The notes under the pieces: generated by a model
Told to the model about the DNA's origin: nothing
The model's input: the letters and a program-made list of their open reading frames with translations, nothing else
Databases searched by the model: none
Program-made: the position numbers and the translations under genes
From: Squalus acanthias
Lineage: Eukaryota
DNA: 64,000 bases
Direction: 5' to 3'
NCBI GenBank assembly: GCA_030390025.1
Contig: JASTWF010000353.1
Location: 62,001-126,000 of the forward strand
Part shown: in pieces, positions 28,174 through 41,100 of the stretch
How the letters are laid out: every line of letters begins with the position of its first letter
Position numbering within the stretch: the first letter of the stretch is position 1

Positions 28174-31100
28174 TCTGTAGCTGCCCCTCACGCTCTGTAT
28201 CTGCCCCTCACTCTCTGTATCTGTCCCTGACTCTCTGTATCTGCCCCATACTCTCTGTATCTGCCCCTCACTATCTGTATCTGCCCCTCAGTCTCTGTTA
28301 CTGCTCCTCACTCTCTGTTTCTGTCCCTAACTCTCTGTATCTGCCCCTCACTCTCTGTATCTGCCCATCAATCTCTGTAGGTGCTCCCACTCTCTGTATC
28401 TGCCCCTGACTCTCTGTTTCTGCCCCTCGTTCTCTGTATCAGCCCCTCACTCTCTGTATCTGCCCCTCACTCGCTGTATCTGCCTTTTGTTCTCTGTATC
28501 CGCCCCTCACTCTCTGTATCCGCCCCTCACTCTCTGCCCCTCAATCTCTGTATCTCCTCTCACTCTCTTTATCTGCCCCTCACTCTCTGTATCTGCCCCT
28601 CGATCTCTGTATATGCCCCTCGATCTCTATATCTGCCCTTCGATCTCTCTGTACCTTCCCCTCAATCTCTGTATCTGCCCCTCGATCACTCTGTCTCAGC
28701 CCCGCGATCGCAATATCTGCCCCTCACTCTCTGTATCTGCCCCATAGTCTCTGTATCTCCACTCGATCTTCTGTATCGGCCCCTTGATCGCAATATCTGC
28801 CCCTCACTCTCTGTCTCTGCCCCTCGATCTCTCTGTATCTGCCCCTGACTCTCATTATCTGCCCCATACTCACTGTGTCTGTCCCTCACTCTCTGTATCT
28901 GCCCGTCACTCTCTGTTTCTGTCCCTCACTCTCTGTGTCTGCCCCTCACTCTCTGTATCTGCCCATCGATCTCTGTATGTGCCCCCCTCTCTGTATCTGC
29001 CCCTGACTCTGTTTCTGCCCCTCGTTCTCTGTATCAGCCCCTCACTCTCTGTATCTGCCCCTCGCTCTCTGTATCTACCCCTCAATCTCTGTATATGCCC
29101 CTCGAACTCTATATCTGCCCCTCGATCTCTCTGTATCTACCCCTCGATCTCTGTATCTGCCCCTCACTCTCTGTTTCTGCCCCTCGTTCTCTGTATCAGC
29201 CCCTCACTCTCTGTATCTGCCCCTCGCTCTCTGTATCTACCCCTCAATCTCTGTCTATGCCCCTCGAACTCTATATCTGCCCCTCACTCTCTGTATCTGC
29301 CCCTCGATCTCTCTGTATCTACCCCTCGATCTCTGTATCTGCCCCTCACTCTCTGAATATGCCCCTCGCTCTCTGTATCTGCCCCTCGATCTCTGTATAT
29401 GCCCCTCGATTTCTATATCTGCCCCTCGATCTCTCTGTATCTGCCCCTCGATCACTCTGTCTCGGCACCGCAATCGCAATATCTGCCCCTCACTCTCTGT
29501 AACTGCCCCATAGTCTCTGTATCTCCATGCGATCTTCTGTATCGGCTCCTCGATTGCAATATCTGCCCCTCACTCTCTGTATCTGCCCCTCACTCTCTGT
29601 ATCTGCCCCTCGATCTCTCTGTATCTGCCCCGACTCTCTGTATCTGCCCCATTCTCTCTGTATCTGTACCTCACTCTCTGTATCTGTCCATCACTCTCTG
29701 CATTTGCCCCTCGATCTCTCCGTATCTGCACTTCACTCACTGTATCTGCCTCTCACTTTCTGTGTCTGCCCCTTGATCGCTGTATCTGCCCCTCACTCGC
29801 TATATCTGCCCCTCACTCTCTGTATAATCCCTTACTCTCTGTTTCTGCCCCTCACTCTCTGTATCCGCCCCATACTCTCTGTATCTGCCCCTCACTATCT
29901 GTATCTGCCCCTCAGTCTCTGTTACTGCCCCTCACTCTCTGTTTCTGTCCCTCACTCTCTGTATCTGCCCCTCACTCTCTGTATCTGCCCATCGATCTCT
30001 GTATGTGCCCCCACTCTCTGTATCTGCCCCTGACTCTCTGTTTCTGCCCCTCGTTCTCTGTATCAGCCCCTCACTCTCTGTATCTGCCCCTCGCTCTCTG
30101 TATCTACCCCTCAATCTCTGTATAAGCACCTCGATCTCTATATCTGCCCCTCGATCTCTCTGTATCTACCCCTCGATCTCTGTATCTGCCCCTCACTCGC
30201 TGTATCTGCCTTTTGATCTCTGTATCCGCCCCTCACTCTCTGTATCCGCCCCTCACTCTCTGTATCTGCCCATCGATCTCTGTATGTGCCCCCACTCTCT
30301 GTATCTGCCCCTGACTCTCTGTTTCTGCCCCTCGTTCTCTGTATCAGCCCCTCACTCTCTGTATCTGCCCCTCGCTCTCTGTATCTACCCCTCAATCTCT
30401 GTATATGCACCTCGATCTCTATATCTGCCCCTCGATCTCTCTGTATCTACCCCTCGATCTCTGTATCTGCCCCTCACTCGCTGTATCTGCCTTTTGATCT
30501 CTGTATCCGCCCCTCACTCTCTGTATCCGCCCCTCACTCTCTGCCCCTCAATCTCTGTATCTCCCCTCGCTCTCTTTATCTGCCCCTCACTCTCTGTATC
30601 TGCCCCTTGATCTCTGTATATGCCCCTCGATCTCTATATCTGCCCTTCGATCTCTCTGTATCTGCCCCTCAATCTCTGTATCTGCCCCTTGATCACTCTG
30701 TCTCGGTTCCGCGATCGCAATATCTGCCCCTCACTCTCTGTATCTGCCCCATAGTCTCTGTATCTCCACTCGATCTTCTGTATCGGCCCCTCGATCGCAA
30801 TATCTGCCCCTCACTCTCTGTATCTGCCCCTTGATCTCTCTGTATCTGCCCCTGACTCTCTGTATCTGCCCCATACTCTCTGTGTCTGCCCCTCACTCTC
30901 TGTATCTGCCCGTCACTCTCTGTTTCTGTCCCTCACTCTCTGTATCTGCCCCTTTCTCTCTGTATCTGCCCATCGACCTCTGTATGTGCCCCCCGTCTCC
31001 GCATCTGCCCCTGACTCTGTTTCTGCCCCTCGTTCTCTGTATCAGCCCCTCGCTCTCTGTATCTGCCCCTTGCTCTCTGTTACTGCCCCTCACTCTCTGT

Positions 31101-34100
31101 TTCTGTCCCTCACTCTCTGTATCTGCCCCTCGATCGCTGTATCTGCCCCTCGATCTCTGTAGCTGCCCCTCACGCTCTGTATCTGCCCCTCACTCTCTGT
31201 ATCTGTCCCTGACTCTCTGTATCTGCCCCATACTCTCTGTATCTGCCCCTCACTATCTGTATCTGCCCCTCAGTCTCTGTTACTGCTCCTCACTCTCTGT
31301 TTCTGTCCCTAACTCTCTGTATCTGCCCCTCACTCTCTGTATCTGCCCATCAATCTCTGTAGGTGCCCCCACTCTCTGTATCTGCCCCTGACTCTCTGTT
31401 TCTGCCCCTCGTTCTCTGTATCAGCCCCTCACTCTCTGTATCTGCCCCTCACTCGCTGTATCTGCCTTTTGTTCTCTGTATCCGCCCCTCACTCTCTGTA
31501 TCCGCCCCTCACTCTCTGCCCCTCAATCTCTGTATCTCCTCTCACTCTCTTTATCTGCCCCTCACTCTCTGTATCTGCCCCTCGATCTCTGTATATGCCC
31601 CTCGATCTCTATATCTGCCCTTCGATCTCTCTGTATCTGCCCCTCAATCTCTGTATCTGCCCCTCGATCACTCTGTCTCAGCCCCGTGATCGCAATATCT
31701 GCCCCTCACTCTCTGTATCTGCCCCATAGTCTCTGTATCTCCACTCGATCTTCTGTATCGGCCCCTTGATCACAATATCTGCCCCTCACTCTCTGTCTCT
31801 GTCCCTCGATCTCTCTGTATCTGCCCCTGACTCTCTGTATCTGCCCCATACTCACTGTGTCTGTCCCTCACTCTCTGTATCTGCCCGTCACTCTCTGTAT
31901 CTGCCCATCGATCTCTGTATGTGCCCCCCCTCTCTGTATCTGCCCCTGACTCTGTTTCTGCCCCTCGTTCTCTGTATCAGCCCCTCACTCTCTGTATCTG
32001 CCCCTCGCTCTCTGTATCTACCCCTCAATCTCTGTATATGCCCCTCGAACTCTATATCTGTCCCTCGATCTCTCTGTATCTACCCCTCGATCTCTGTATC
32101 TGCCCCTCACTCTCTGTATCTGCCCCTCGATCTCTCTGTATCTACCCCTCGATCTCTGTATCTGCCCCTCACTCTCTGAATGTGCCCCTCGCTCTCTGTA
32201 TCTGCCCCTCGATCTCGGTATATGCCCCTCGATTTCTATATCTGCCCCTCGATCTCTCTGTATCTTCCCCTCAATCTCTGTATCTGCCCCTCGATCACTC
32301 TGTCTCGGCACCGCAATCGCAATATCTGCCCCTCACTCTCTGTAACTGCCCCATAGTCTCTGTATCTCCATGCGATCTTCTGTATCGGCTCCTCGATTGC
32401 AATATCTGCCCCTCACTTTCTGTATCTGCCCCTCACTCTCTGTATCTGCCCCTCGATCTCTCTGTATCTGCCCCGACTCTCTGTATCTGCCCCATTCTCT
32501 CTGTATCTGTACCTCACTCTCTGTATCTGTCCATCACTCTCTGCATTTGCCCCTCGATCTCTCCGTATCTGCACTTCACTCACTGTATCTGCCTCTCACT
32601 TTCTGTGTCTGCCCCTTGATCGCTGTATCTGCCCCTCACTCGCTATATCTGCCCCTCACTCTCTGTATAATCCCTTACTCTCTGTTTCTGCCCCTCACTC
32701 TCTGTATCCGCCCCATACTCTCTGTATCTGCCCCTCACTATCTGTATCTGCCCCTCAGTCTCTGTTACTGCCCCTCACTCTCTGTTTCTGTCCCTCACTC
32801 TCTGTATCTGCCCCTCACTCTCTGTATCTGCCCATCGATCTCTGTATGTGCCCCCACTCTCTGTATCTGCCCCTGACTCTCTGTTTCTGCCCCTCGTTCT
32901 CTGTATCAGCCCCTCACTCTCTGTATCTGCCCCTCGCTCTCTGTATCTACCCCTCAATCTCTGTATAAGCACCTCGATCTCTATATCTGCCCCTCGATCT
33001 CTCTGTATCTACCCCTCGATCTCTGTATCTGCCCCTCACTCGCTGTATCTGCCTTTTGATCTCTGTATCCGCCCCTCACTCTCTGTATCCGCCCCTCACT
33101 CTCTGTATCTGCCCATCGATCTCTGTATGTGCCCCCACTCTCTGTATCTGCCCCTGACTCTCTGTTTCTGCCCCTCGTTCTCTGTATCAGCCCCTCACTC
33201 TCTGTATCTGCCCCTCGCTCTCTGTATCTACCCCTCAATCTCTGTATATGCACCTCGATCTCTATATCTGCCCCTCGATCTCTCTGTATCTACCCCTCGA
33301 TCTCTGTATCTGCCCCTCACTCGCTGTATCTGCCTTTTGATCTCTGTATCCGCCCCTCACTCTCTGTATCCGCCCCTCACTCTCTGCCCCTCAATCTCTG
33401 TATCTCCCCTCGCTCTCTTTATCTGCCCCTCACTCTCTGTATCTGCCCCTTGATCTCTGTATATGCCCCTCGATCTCTATATCTGCCCTTCGATCTCTCT
33501 GTATCTGCCCCTCAATCTCTGTATCTGCCCCTTGATCACTCTGTCTCGGTTCCGCGATCGCAATATCTGCCCCTCACTCTCTGTATCTGCCCCATAGTCT
33601 CTGTATCTCCACTCGATCTTCTGTATCGGCCCCTCGATCGCAATATCTGCCCCTCACTCTCTGTATCTGCCCCTTGATCTCTCTGTATCTGCCCCTGACT
33701 CTCTGTATCTGCCCCATACTCTCTGTGTCTGCCCCTCACTCTCTGTATCTGCCCGTCACTCTCTGTTTCTGTCCCTCACTCTCTGTATCTGCCCCTTTCT
33801 CTCTGTATCTGCCCATCGACCTCTGTATGTGCCCCCCATCTCCGCATCTGCCCCTGACTCTGTTTCTGCCCCTCGTTCTCTGTATCAGCCCCTCGCTCTC
33901 TGTATCTGCCCCTTGCTCTCTGTTACTGCCCCTCACTCTCTGTTTCTGTCCCTCACTCTCTGTATCTGCCCCTCGATCGCTGTATCTGCCCCTCGATCTC
34001 TGTAGCTGCCCCTCACGCTCTGTATCTGCCCCTCACTCTCTGTATCTGTCCCTGACTCTCTGTATCTGCCCCATACTCTCTGTATCTGCCCCTCACTATC

Positions 34101-37100
34101 TGTATCTGCCCCTCAGTCTCTGTTACTGCTCCTCACTCTCTGTTTCTGTCCCTAACTCTCTGTATCTGCCCCTCACTCTCTGTATCTGCCCATCAATCTC
34201 TGTAGGTGCCCCCACTCTCTGTATCTGCCCCTGACTCTCTGTTTCTGCCCCTCGTTCTCTGTATCAGCCCCTCACTCTCGGTATCTGCCCCTCACTCGCT
34301 GTATCTGCCTTTTGTTCTCTGTATCCGCCCCTCACTCTCTGTATCCGCCCCTCACTCTCTGCCCCTCAATCTCTGTATCTCCTCTCACTCTCTTTATCTG
34401 CCCCTCACTCTCTGTATCTGCCCCTCGATCTCTGTATATGCCCCTCGATCTCTATATCTGCCCTTCGATCTCTCTGTATCTGCCCCTCAATCTCTGTATC
34501 TGCCCCTCGATCACTCTGTCTCAGCCCCGTGATCGCAATATCTGCCCCTCACTCTCTGTATCTGCCCCATAGTCTCTGTATCTCCACTCGATCTTCTGTA
34601 TCGGCCCCTTGATCACAATATCTGCCCCTCACTCTCTGTCTCTGCCCCTCGATCTCTCTGTATCTGCCCCTGACTCTCTGTATCTGCCCCATACTCACTG
34701 TGTCTGTCCCTCACTCTCTGTATCTGCCCGTCACTCTCTGTTTCTGTCCCTCACTCTCTGTGTCTGCCCCTCACTCTCTGTATCTGCCCATCGATCTCTG
34801 TATGTGCCCCCCCTCTCTGTATCTGCCCCTGACTCTGTTTCTGCCCCTCGTTCTCTGTATCAGCCCCTTACTCTCTGTATCTGCCCCTCGCTCTCTGTAT
34901 CTACCCCTCAATCTCTGTATATGCCCCTCGAACTCTATATCTGCCCCTCGATCTCTCTGTATCTACCCCTCGATCTCTGTATCTGCCCCTCACTCTCTGT
35001 ATCTGCCCCTCGATCTCTCTGTATCTACCCCTCGATCTCTGTATCTGCCCCTCACTCTCTGAATGTGCCCCTCGCTCTCTGTATCTGCCCCTCGATCTCG
35101 GTATATGCCCCTCGATTTCTATATCTGCCCCTCGATCTCTCTGTATCTTCCCCTCAATCTCTGTATCTGCCCCTCGATCACTCTGTCTCGGCACCGCAAT
35201 CGCAATATCTGCCCCTCACTCTCTGTAACTGCCCCATAGTCTCTGTATCTCCATGCGATCTTCTGTATCGGCTCCTCGATTGCAATATCTGCCCCTCACT
35301 CTCTGTATCTGCCCCTCACTCTCTGTATCTGCCCCTCGATCTCTCTGTATCTGCCCCGACTCTCTCTATCTGCCCCATTCTCTCTGTATCTGTACCTCAC
35401 TCTCTGTATCTGTCCATCACTCTCTGCATTTGCCCCTCGATCTCTCCGTATCTGCACTTCACTCACTGTATCTGCCTCTCACTTTCTGTGTCTGCCCCTT
35501 GATCGCTGTATCTGCCCCTCACTCGCTATATCTGCCCCTCACTCTCTGTATAATCCCTTACTCTCTGTTTCTGCCCCTCACTCTCTGTATCCGCCCCATA
35601 CTCTCTGTATCTGCCCCTCACTATCTGTATCTGCCCCTCAGTCTCTGTTACTGCCCCTCACTCTCTGTTTCTGTCCCTCACTCTCTGTATCTGCCCCTCA
35701 CTCTCTGTATCTGCCCATCGATCTCTGTATGTGCCCCCACTCTCTGTATCTGCCCCTGACTCTCTGTTTCTGCCCCTCGTTCTCTGTATCAGCCCCTCAC
35801 TCTCTGTATCTGCCCCTCGCTCTCTGTATCTACCCCTCAATCTCTGTATAAGCACCTCGATCTCTATATCTGCCCCTCGATCTCTCTGTATCTACCCCTC
35901 GATCTCTGTATCTGCCCCTCACTCGCTGTATCTGCCTTTTGATCTCTGTATCCGCCCCTCACTCTCTGTATCCGCCCCTCACTCTCTGTATCTGCCCATC
36001 GATCTCTGTATGTGCCCCCACTCTCTGTATCTGCCCCTGACTCTCTGTTTCTGCCCCTCGTTCTCTGTATCAGCCCCTCACTCTCTGTATCTGCCACTCG
36101 CTCTCTGTATCTACCCCTCAATCTCTGTATATGCACCTCGATCTCTATATCTGCCCCTCGATCTCTCTGTATCTACCCCTCGATCACTGTATCTGCCCCT
36201 CACTCGCTGTATCTGCCTTTTGATCTCTGTATCCGCCCCTCACTCTCTGTATCCGCCCCTCACTCTCTGCCCCTCAATCTCTGTATCTCCCCTCACTCTC
36301 TTTATCTGCCCCTCACTCTCTGTATCTGCCCCTTGATCTCTGTATATGCCCCTCGATCTCTATATCTGCCCTTCGATCTCACTGTATCTGCCCCTCAATC
36401 TCTGTATCTGCCCCTTGATCACTCTGTCTCGGTTCCGCGATCGCAATATCTGCCCCTCACTCTCTGTATCTGCCCCATAGTCTCAGTATCTCCACTCGAT
36501 CTTCTGTATCGGCCCCTCGATCGCAATATCTGCCCCTCACTCTCTGTATCTGGCCCTTGATCTCTCTGTATCTGCCCCTGACTCTCTGTATCTGCCCCAT
36601 ACTCTCTGTATCTGCCCCTCACTATCTGTATCTGCCCCTCAGTCTCTGTTACTGCCCCTCACTCTCTGTTTCTGTCCCACACTCTCTGTATCTGCCCCTC
36701 ACTCTCTGTATCTGCCCATCGATCTCTGTATGTGCCCCCACTCTCTGTATCTGCCCCTGACTCTCTGTTTCTGCCCCTCGTTCTCTGTATCAGCCCCTCA
36801 CTCTCTGTATCTGCCCCTCGCTCTCTGTATCTACCCCTCAATCTCTGTATAAGCACCTCGATCTCTATATCTGCCCCTCGATCTCTCTGTATCTACCCCT
36901 CGATCTCTGTATCTGCCCCTCACTCGCTGTATCTGCCTTTTGATCTCTGTATCCGCCCCTCACTCTCTGTATCCGCCCCTCACTCTCTGTATCTGCCCAT
37001 CGATCTCTGTATGTGCCCCCACTCTCTGTATCTGCCCCTGACTCTCTGTTTCTGCCCCTCGTTCTCTGTATCAGCCCCTCACTCTCTGTATCTGCCCCTC

Positions 37101-37800
37101 GCTCTCTGTATCTACCCCTCAATCTCTGTATATGCACCTCGATCTCTATATCTGCCCCTCGATCTCTCTGTATCTACCCCTCGATCTCTGTATCTGCCCC
37201 TCACTCGCTGTATCTGCCTTTTGATCTCTGTATCCGCCCCTCACTCTCTGTATCCGCCCCTCACTCTCTGCCCCTCAATCTCTGTATCTCCCCTCACTCT
37301 CTTTATCTGCCCCTCACTCTCTGTATCTGCCCCTTGATCTCTGTATATGCCCCTCGATCTCTATATCTGCCCTTCAATCTCACTGTATCTGCCCCTCAAT
37401 CTCTGTATCTGCCCCTTGATCACTCTGTCTCGGTTCCGCGATCGCAATATCTGCCCCTCACTCTCTGTATCTGCCCCATAGTCTCTGTATCTCCACTCGA
37501 TCTTCTGTATCGGCCCCTCGATCGCAATATCTGCCCCTCACTCTCTGTATCTGGCCCTTGATCTCTCTGTATCTGCCCCTGACTCTCTGTATCTGCCCCA
37601 TACTCTCTGTGTCTGCCCCTCACGCTCTGTATCTGCCCGTCACTCTCTGTTTCTGTCCCTCACTCTCTGTATCTGCCCCTTTCTCTCTGTATCTGCCCAT
37701 CGACCTCTGTATGTGCCCCCCATCTCCGCATCTGCCCCTGACTCTGTTTCTGCCCCTCGTTCTCTGTATCAGCCCCTCACTCTCTGTATCTGCCCCTTGC
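28130..37800 (+). repeat. Higher-order repeat, 3 copies of a ~2.9-kb unit (periods 2982, 2843, 2883 bp depending on marker)
   Basis: Marker TAGCTG at 28178, 31160, 34003. Marker CGGTTCCGCG at 30704, 33547, 36430. ORF triplets 29527/32370/35253 and 30005/32848/35731. Confidence 0.92.
35593..37610 (+). repeat. 1001-bp tandem duplication nested in the third ~2.9-kb unit
   Basis: ORF pairs 35731/36732, 36012/37013, 36557/37558. CGGTTCCGCG at 36430 and 37431. TCTGGCCCTTGAT in both copies. Confidence 0.9.
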
Positions 37801-38169
37801 TCTCTGTATCTACCCCTCAATCTCTGTTTCTGTCCCTCACTCTCTGTATCTGCCCCTCACTCTCTGTATCTGCCCATCAATCTCTGTATGTGCCCCCCTC
37901 TCCGTATCTGCCCCTGACTCTGTTTCTGCTCCTCGTTCTCTGTATCAGCCCCTCACTCTCTGTATCTGCCCCTCGCTCTCTGTATCTACCCCTCAATCTC
38001 TGTATATGCCCCTCGATCTCTATATCTGCCCCTCAATCTCTCTGTATCTACCCCTCGATCTCTGTATCTGCCCCTCACTCTCTGTATCTGCCCCTCGATC
38101 TCTCTGTATCTACCCCTCGATCTCTGTACGTGCCCCTCACTCTCTGAATCTGCCCCGCGCTCTCTGTAT

Positions 38170-41100
38170 CTGCCCCTCGATCTCTGTATATGCCCCTCGA
38201 TTTCCATATCTGCCCCTCGATCTCTCTGTATCTGCCCCTCAATCTCTGTATCTGCCCCTCGATCACTCTGTCTCGGCCCCGCGATCGCAATATCAGCCCC
38301 TCACTCTCTGTATCTGCCCCATAGTCTCTGTATCTCCACTCGATCTTCTGTATCGGCCCCTCGATCGCAATATCTGCCCCTCACTCTCTGTATCTGCCCC
38401 TCGATCTCTCTGTATCTGCCCCTGACTCTCTGTATCTGCCCCATACTCTCTGTGTCTGCCCCTCACTCTCTGTATCTGCCCGTCACTCTCTGTTTCTGTC
38501 CCTCACTCTCTGTATCTGCCCCTCACTCTGTATCTGCCCATCGACCTCTGTATGTGCCCCCCATCTCCGCATCTGCCCCTGACTCTGTTTCTGCCCCTCG
38601 TTCTCTGTATCAGCCCCTCGCTCTCTGTATCTGCCCCTTGCTCTCTGTATCTACCCCTCAATCTCTGTTTCTGTCCCTCACTCTCTGTATCTGCCCCTCA
38701 CTCTCTGTATCTGCCCATCGATCTCTGTATGTGCCCCCCCTCTCCGTATCTGCCCCTGACTCTGTTTCTGCCCCTCGTTCTCTGTATCAGCCCCTCACTC
38801 TCTGTATCAGCCCCTCGCTCTCTGTATCTACCCCTCAATCTCTGTATATGCCCCTCGATCTCTATATCTGCCCCTCGATCTCTCTGTATCTACCCCTCGA
38901 TCTCTGTATCTGCCCCTCACTCTCTGTATCTGCCCCTCGATCTCTCTGTATCTACCCCTCGATCTCTGTATCTGCCCCTCACTCTCTGTATCTGCCCCTC
39001 ACTCTGTATCAGCCCATCGACCTCTGTATGTGCCCCCCATCTCCGCATCTGCCCCTGACTCTGTTTCTGCCCCTCGTTCTCTGTATCAGCCCCTCGCTCT
39101 CTGTATCTGCCCCTTGCTCTCTGTATCTACCCCTCAATCTCGGTTTCTGTCCCTCACTCTCTGTATCTGCCCCTCACTCTCTGTATCTGCCCATCGATCT
39201 CTGTATGTGCCCCCCCTCTCCGTATCTGCCCCTGACTCTGTTTCTGCCCCTCGTTCTCTATATCAGCCCCTCACTCTCTGTATCTGCCCCTCACTCTCTG
39301 TATCTGCCCCTCGATCTCTCTGTATCTACTCCTCGATCTCTGTATCTGCCCCTCACTCTCTGAATCTGCCCCTCGCTCTCTGTATCTGCCCCTCAATCTC
39401 TGTATCTGCCCCTCGATCACTCTGTCTCGGCCCCACGATCGCAATATCTGCCCCTCACTCTCTGTAACTGCCCCATAGTCTCTGTATCTCCACTCGATCT
39501 TCTGTATCAGCTCCTCGATTGCAATATCTGCCCCTCACTCTCTGTATCTGCCCCTCACTCTCTGCATTTGCCCCTCGATCTCTCCGTATCTGCACTTCAC
39601 ACACTGTATCTGCCTCTCACTTTCTGTGTCTGCCCGTCACTCTCTGTTTCTGTCCCTCACTCTCTGTATCTGCCCCTCACTCTCTGTATCTGCCCATCGA
39701 TCTCTGTATGTGCCCCCCTCTCCGTATCTGCTCCTGACTCTGTTTCTGCCCCTCGTTCTCTGTATCAGCCCCTCACTGTCTGTATCTGCCCCTCGCTCTC
39801 TTGTATCTACCCCTCAATCTCTGTATATGCCCATCGATCTCTATATCTGCCCCTCGATCTCTCTGTATCTAACCCTCGATCTCTGTATCTGCCCCTCACT
39901 CTCTGTATCTGCCCCTCGATCTCTCTGTATCTACCCCTCGATCTCTGTATCAGCCCCTCACTCTCTGAATATGCCCCTCGCTCTCTGTATCTTCCCCTCG
40001 ATCTCTGTATATGCCCCTCGATTTCTATATCTGCCCCTCGATCTCTCTGTATCTTCCCCTCAATCTCTGTATCTGCCTCTCGATCACTCGGTCTCGGCCC
40101 CGCGATCACAATATCTGCCCCTCACTCTCTGTAACTGCTCCATAGTCTCTGTATCTCCACTCGATCTTCTGTATCGGCTCCTCGATTGCAATATCTGCCC
40201 CTCACTCTCTGTATCTGCCCCTCACTCTCTGTATCTGCCCCTCGATCTCTCTGTATCTGCCCCGACTCTCTGTATCTGCCCCATTCTCTCTGTATCTGTC
40301 CCTCACTCTCTGTATCTGTCCATCACTCTCTGCATTTGCCACTCGATCTCTCCGTATCTGCACTTCACTCACTGTATCTGCCTCTCACTTTCTGTGTCTG
40401 TCCCTTGATCGCTGTATCTGCCCCTCACTCGCTATATCTGTCCCTCACTCTCTGTATAATCCCTTACTCTCTGTTTCTGCCCCTCACTCTCTGTATCCAC
40501 CCCATACTCTCTGTATCTGCCCCTCACTATCTGTATCTGCCCATCGATCTCTGTATGTGCCCCCACTCTCTGTATCTGCCCCTGACTCTCTGTTTCTGCC
40601 CCTCGTTCTCTGTATCAGCCCCTCACTCTGTGTATCTGCCCCTCGCTCTCTGTATCTACCCCTCAATCTCTGTATAAGCACCTCGATCTCTATATCTGCC
40701 CCTCGATCTCTCTGTATCTACCCCTCGATCTCTGTATCTGCCCCTCACTCGCTGTATCTGCCTTTTGATCTCTGTATCCACCCCTCACTCTCTGTATCCG
40801 CCCCTCACTCTCTGTATCTGCCCATCGATCTCTGTATGTGCCCCCACTCTCTGTATCTGCCCCTGTCTCTCTGTTTCTGCCCCTCGTTCTCTGTATCAGC
40901 CCCTCACTCTCTGTATCTGCCCCTCGCTCTCTGTATCTACCCCTCAATCTCTGTATATGCACCTCGATCTCTATATCTGCCCCTCGATCTCTCTGTATCT
41001 ACCCCTCGATCTCTGTATCTGCCCCTCACTCACTGTATCTGCCTTTTGATCTCTGTATCCGCCCCTCACTCTCTGTATCCGCCCCTCACTCTCTGCCCCT

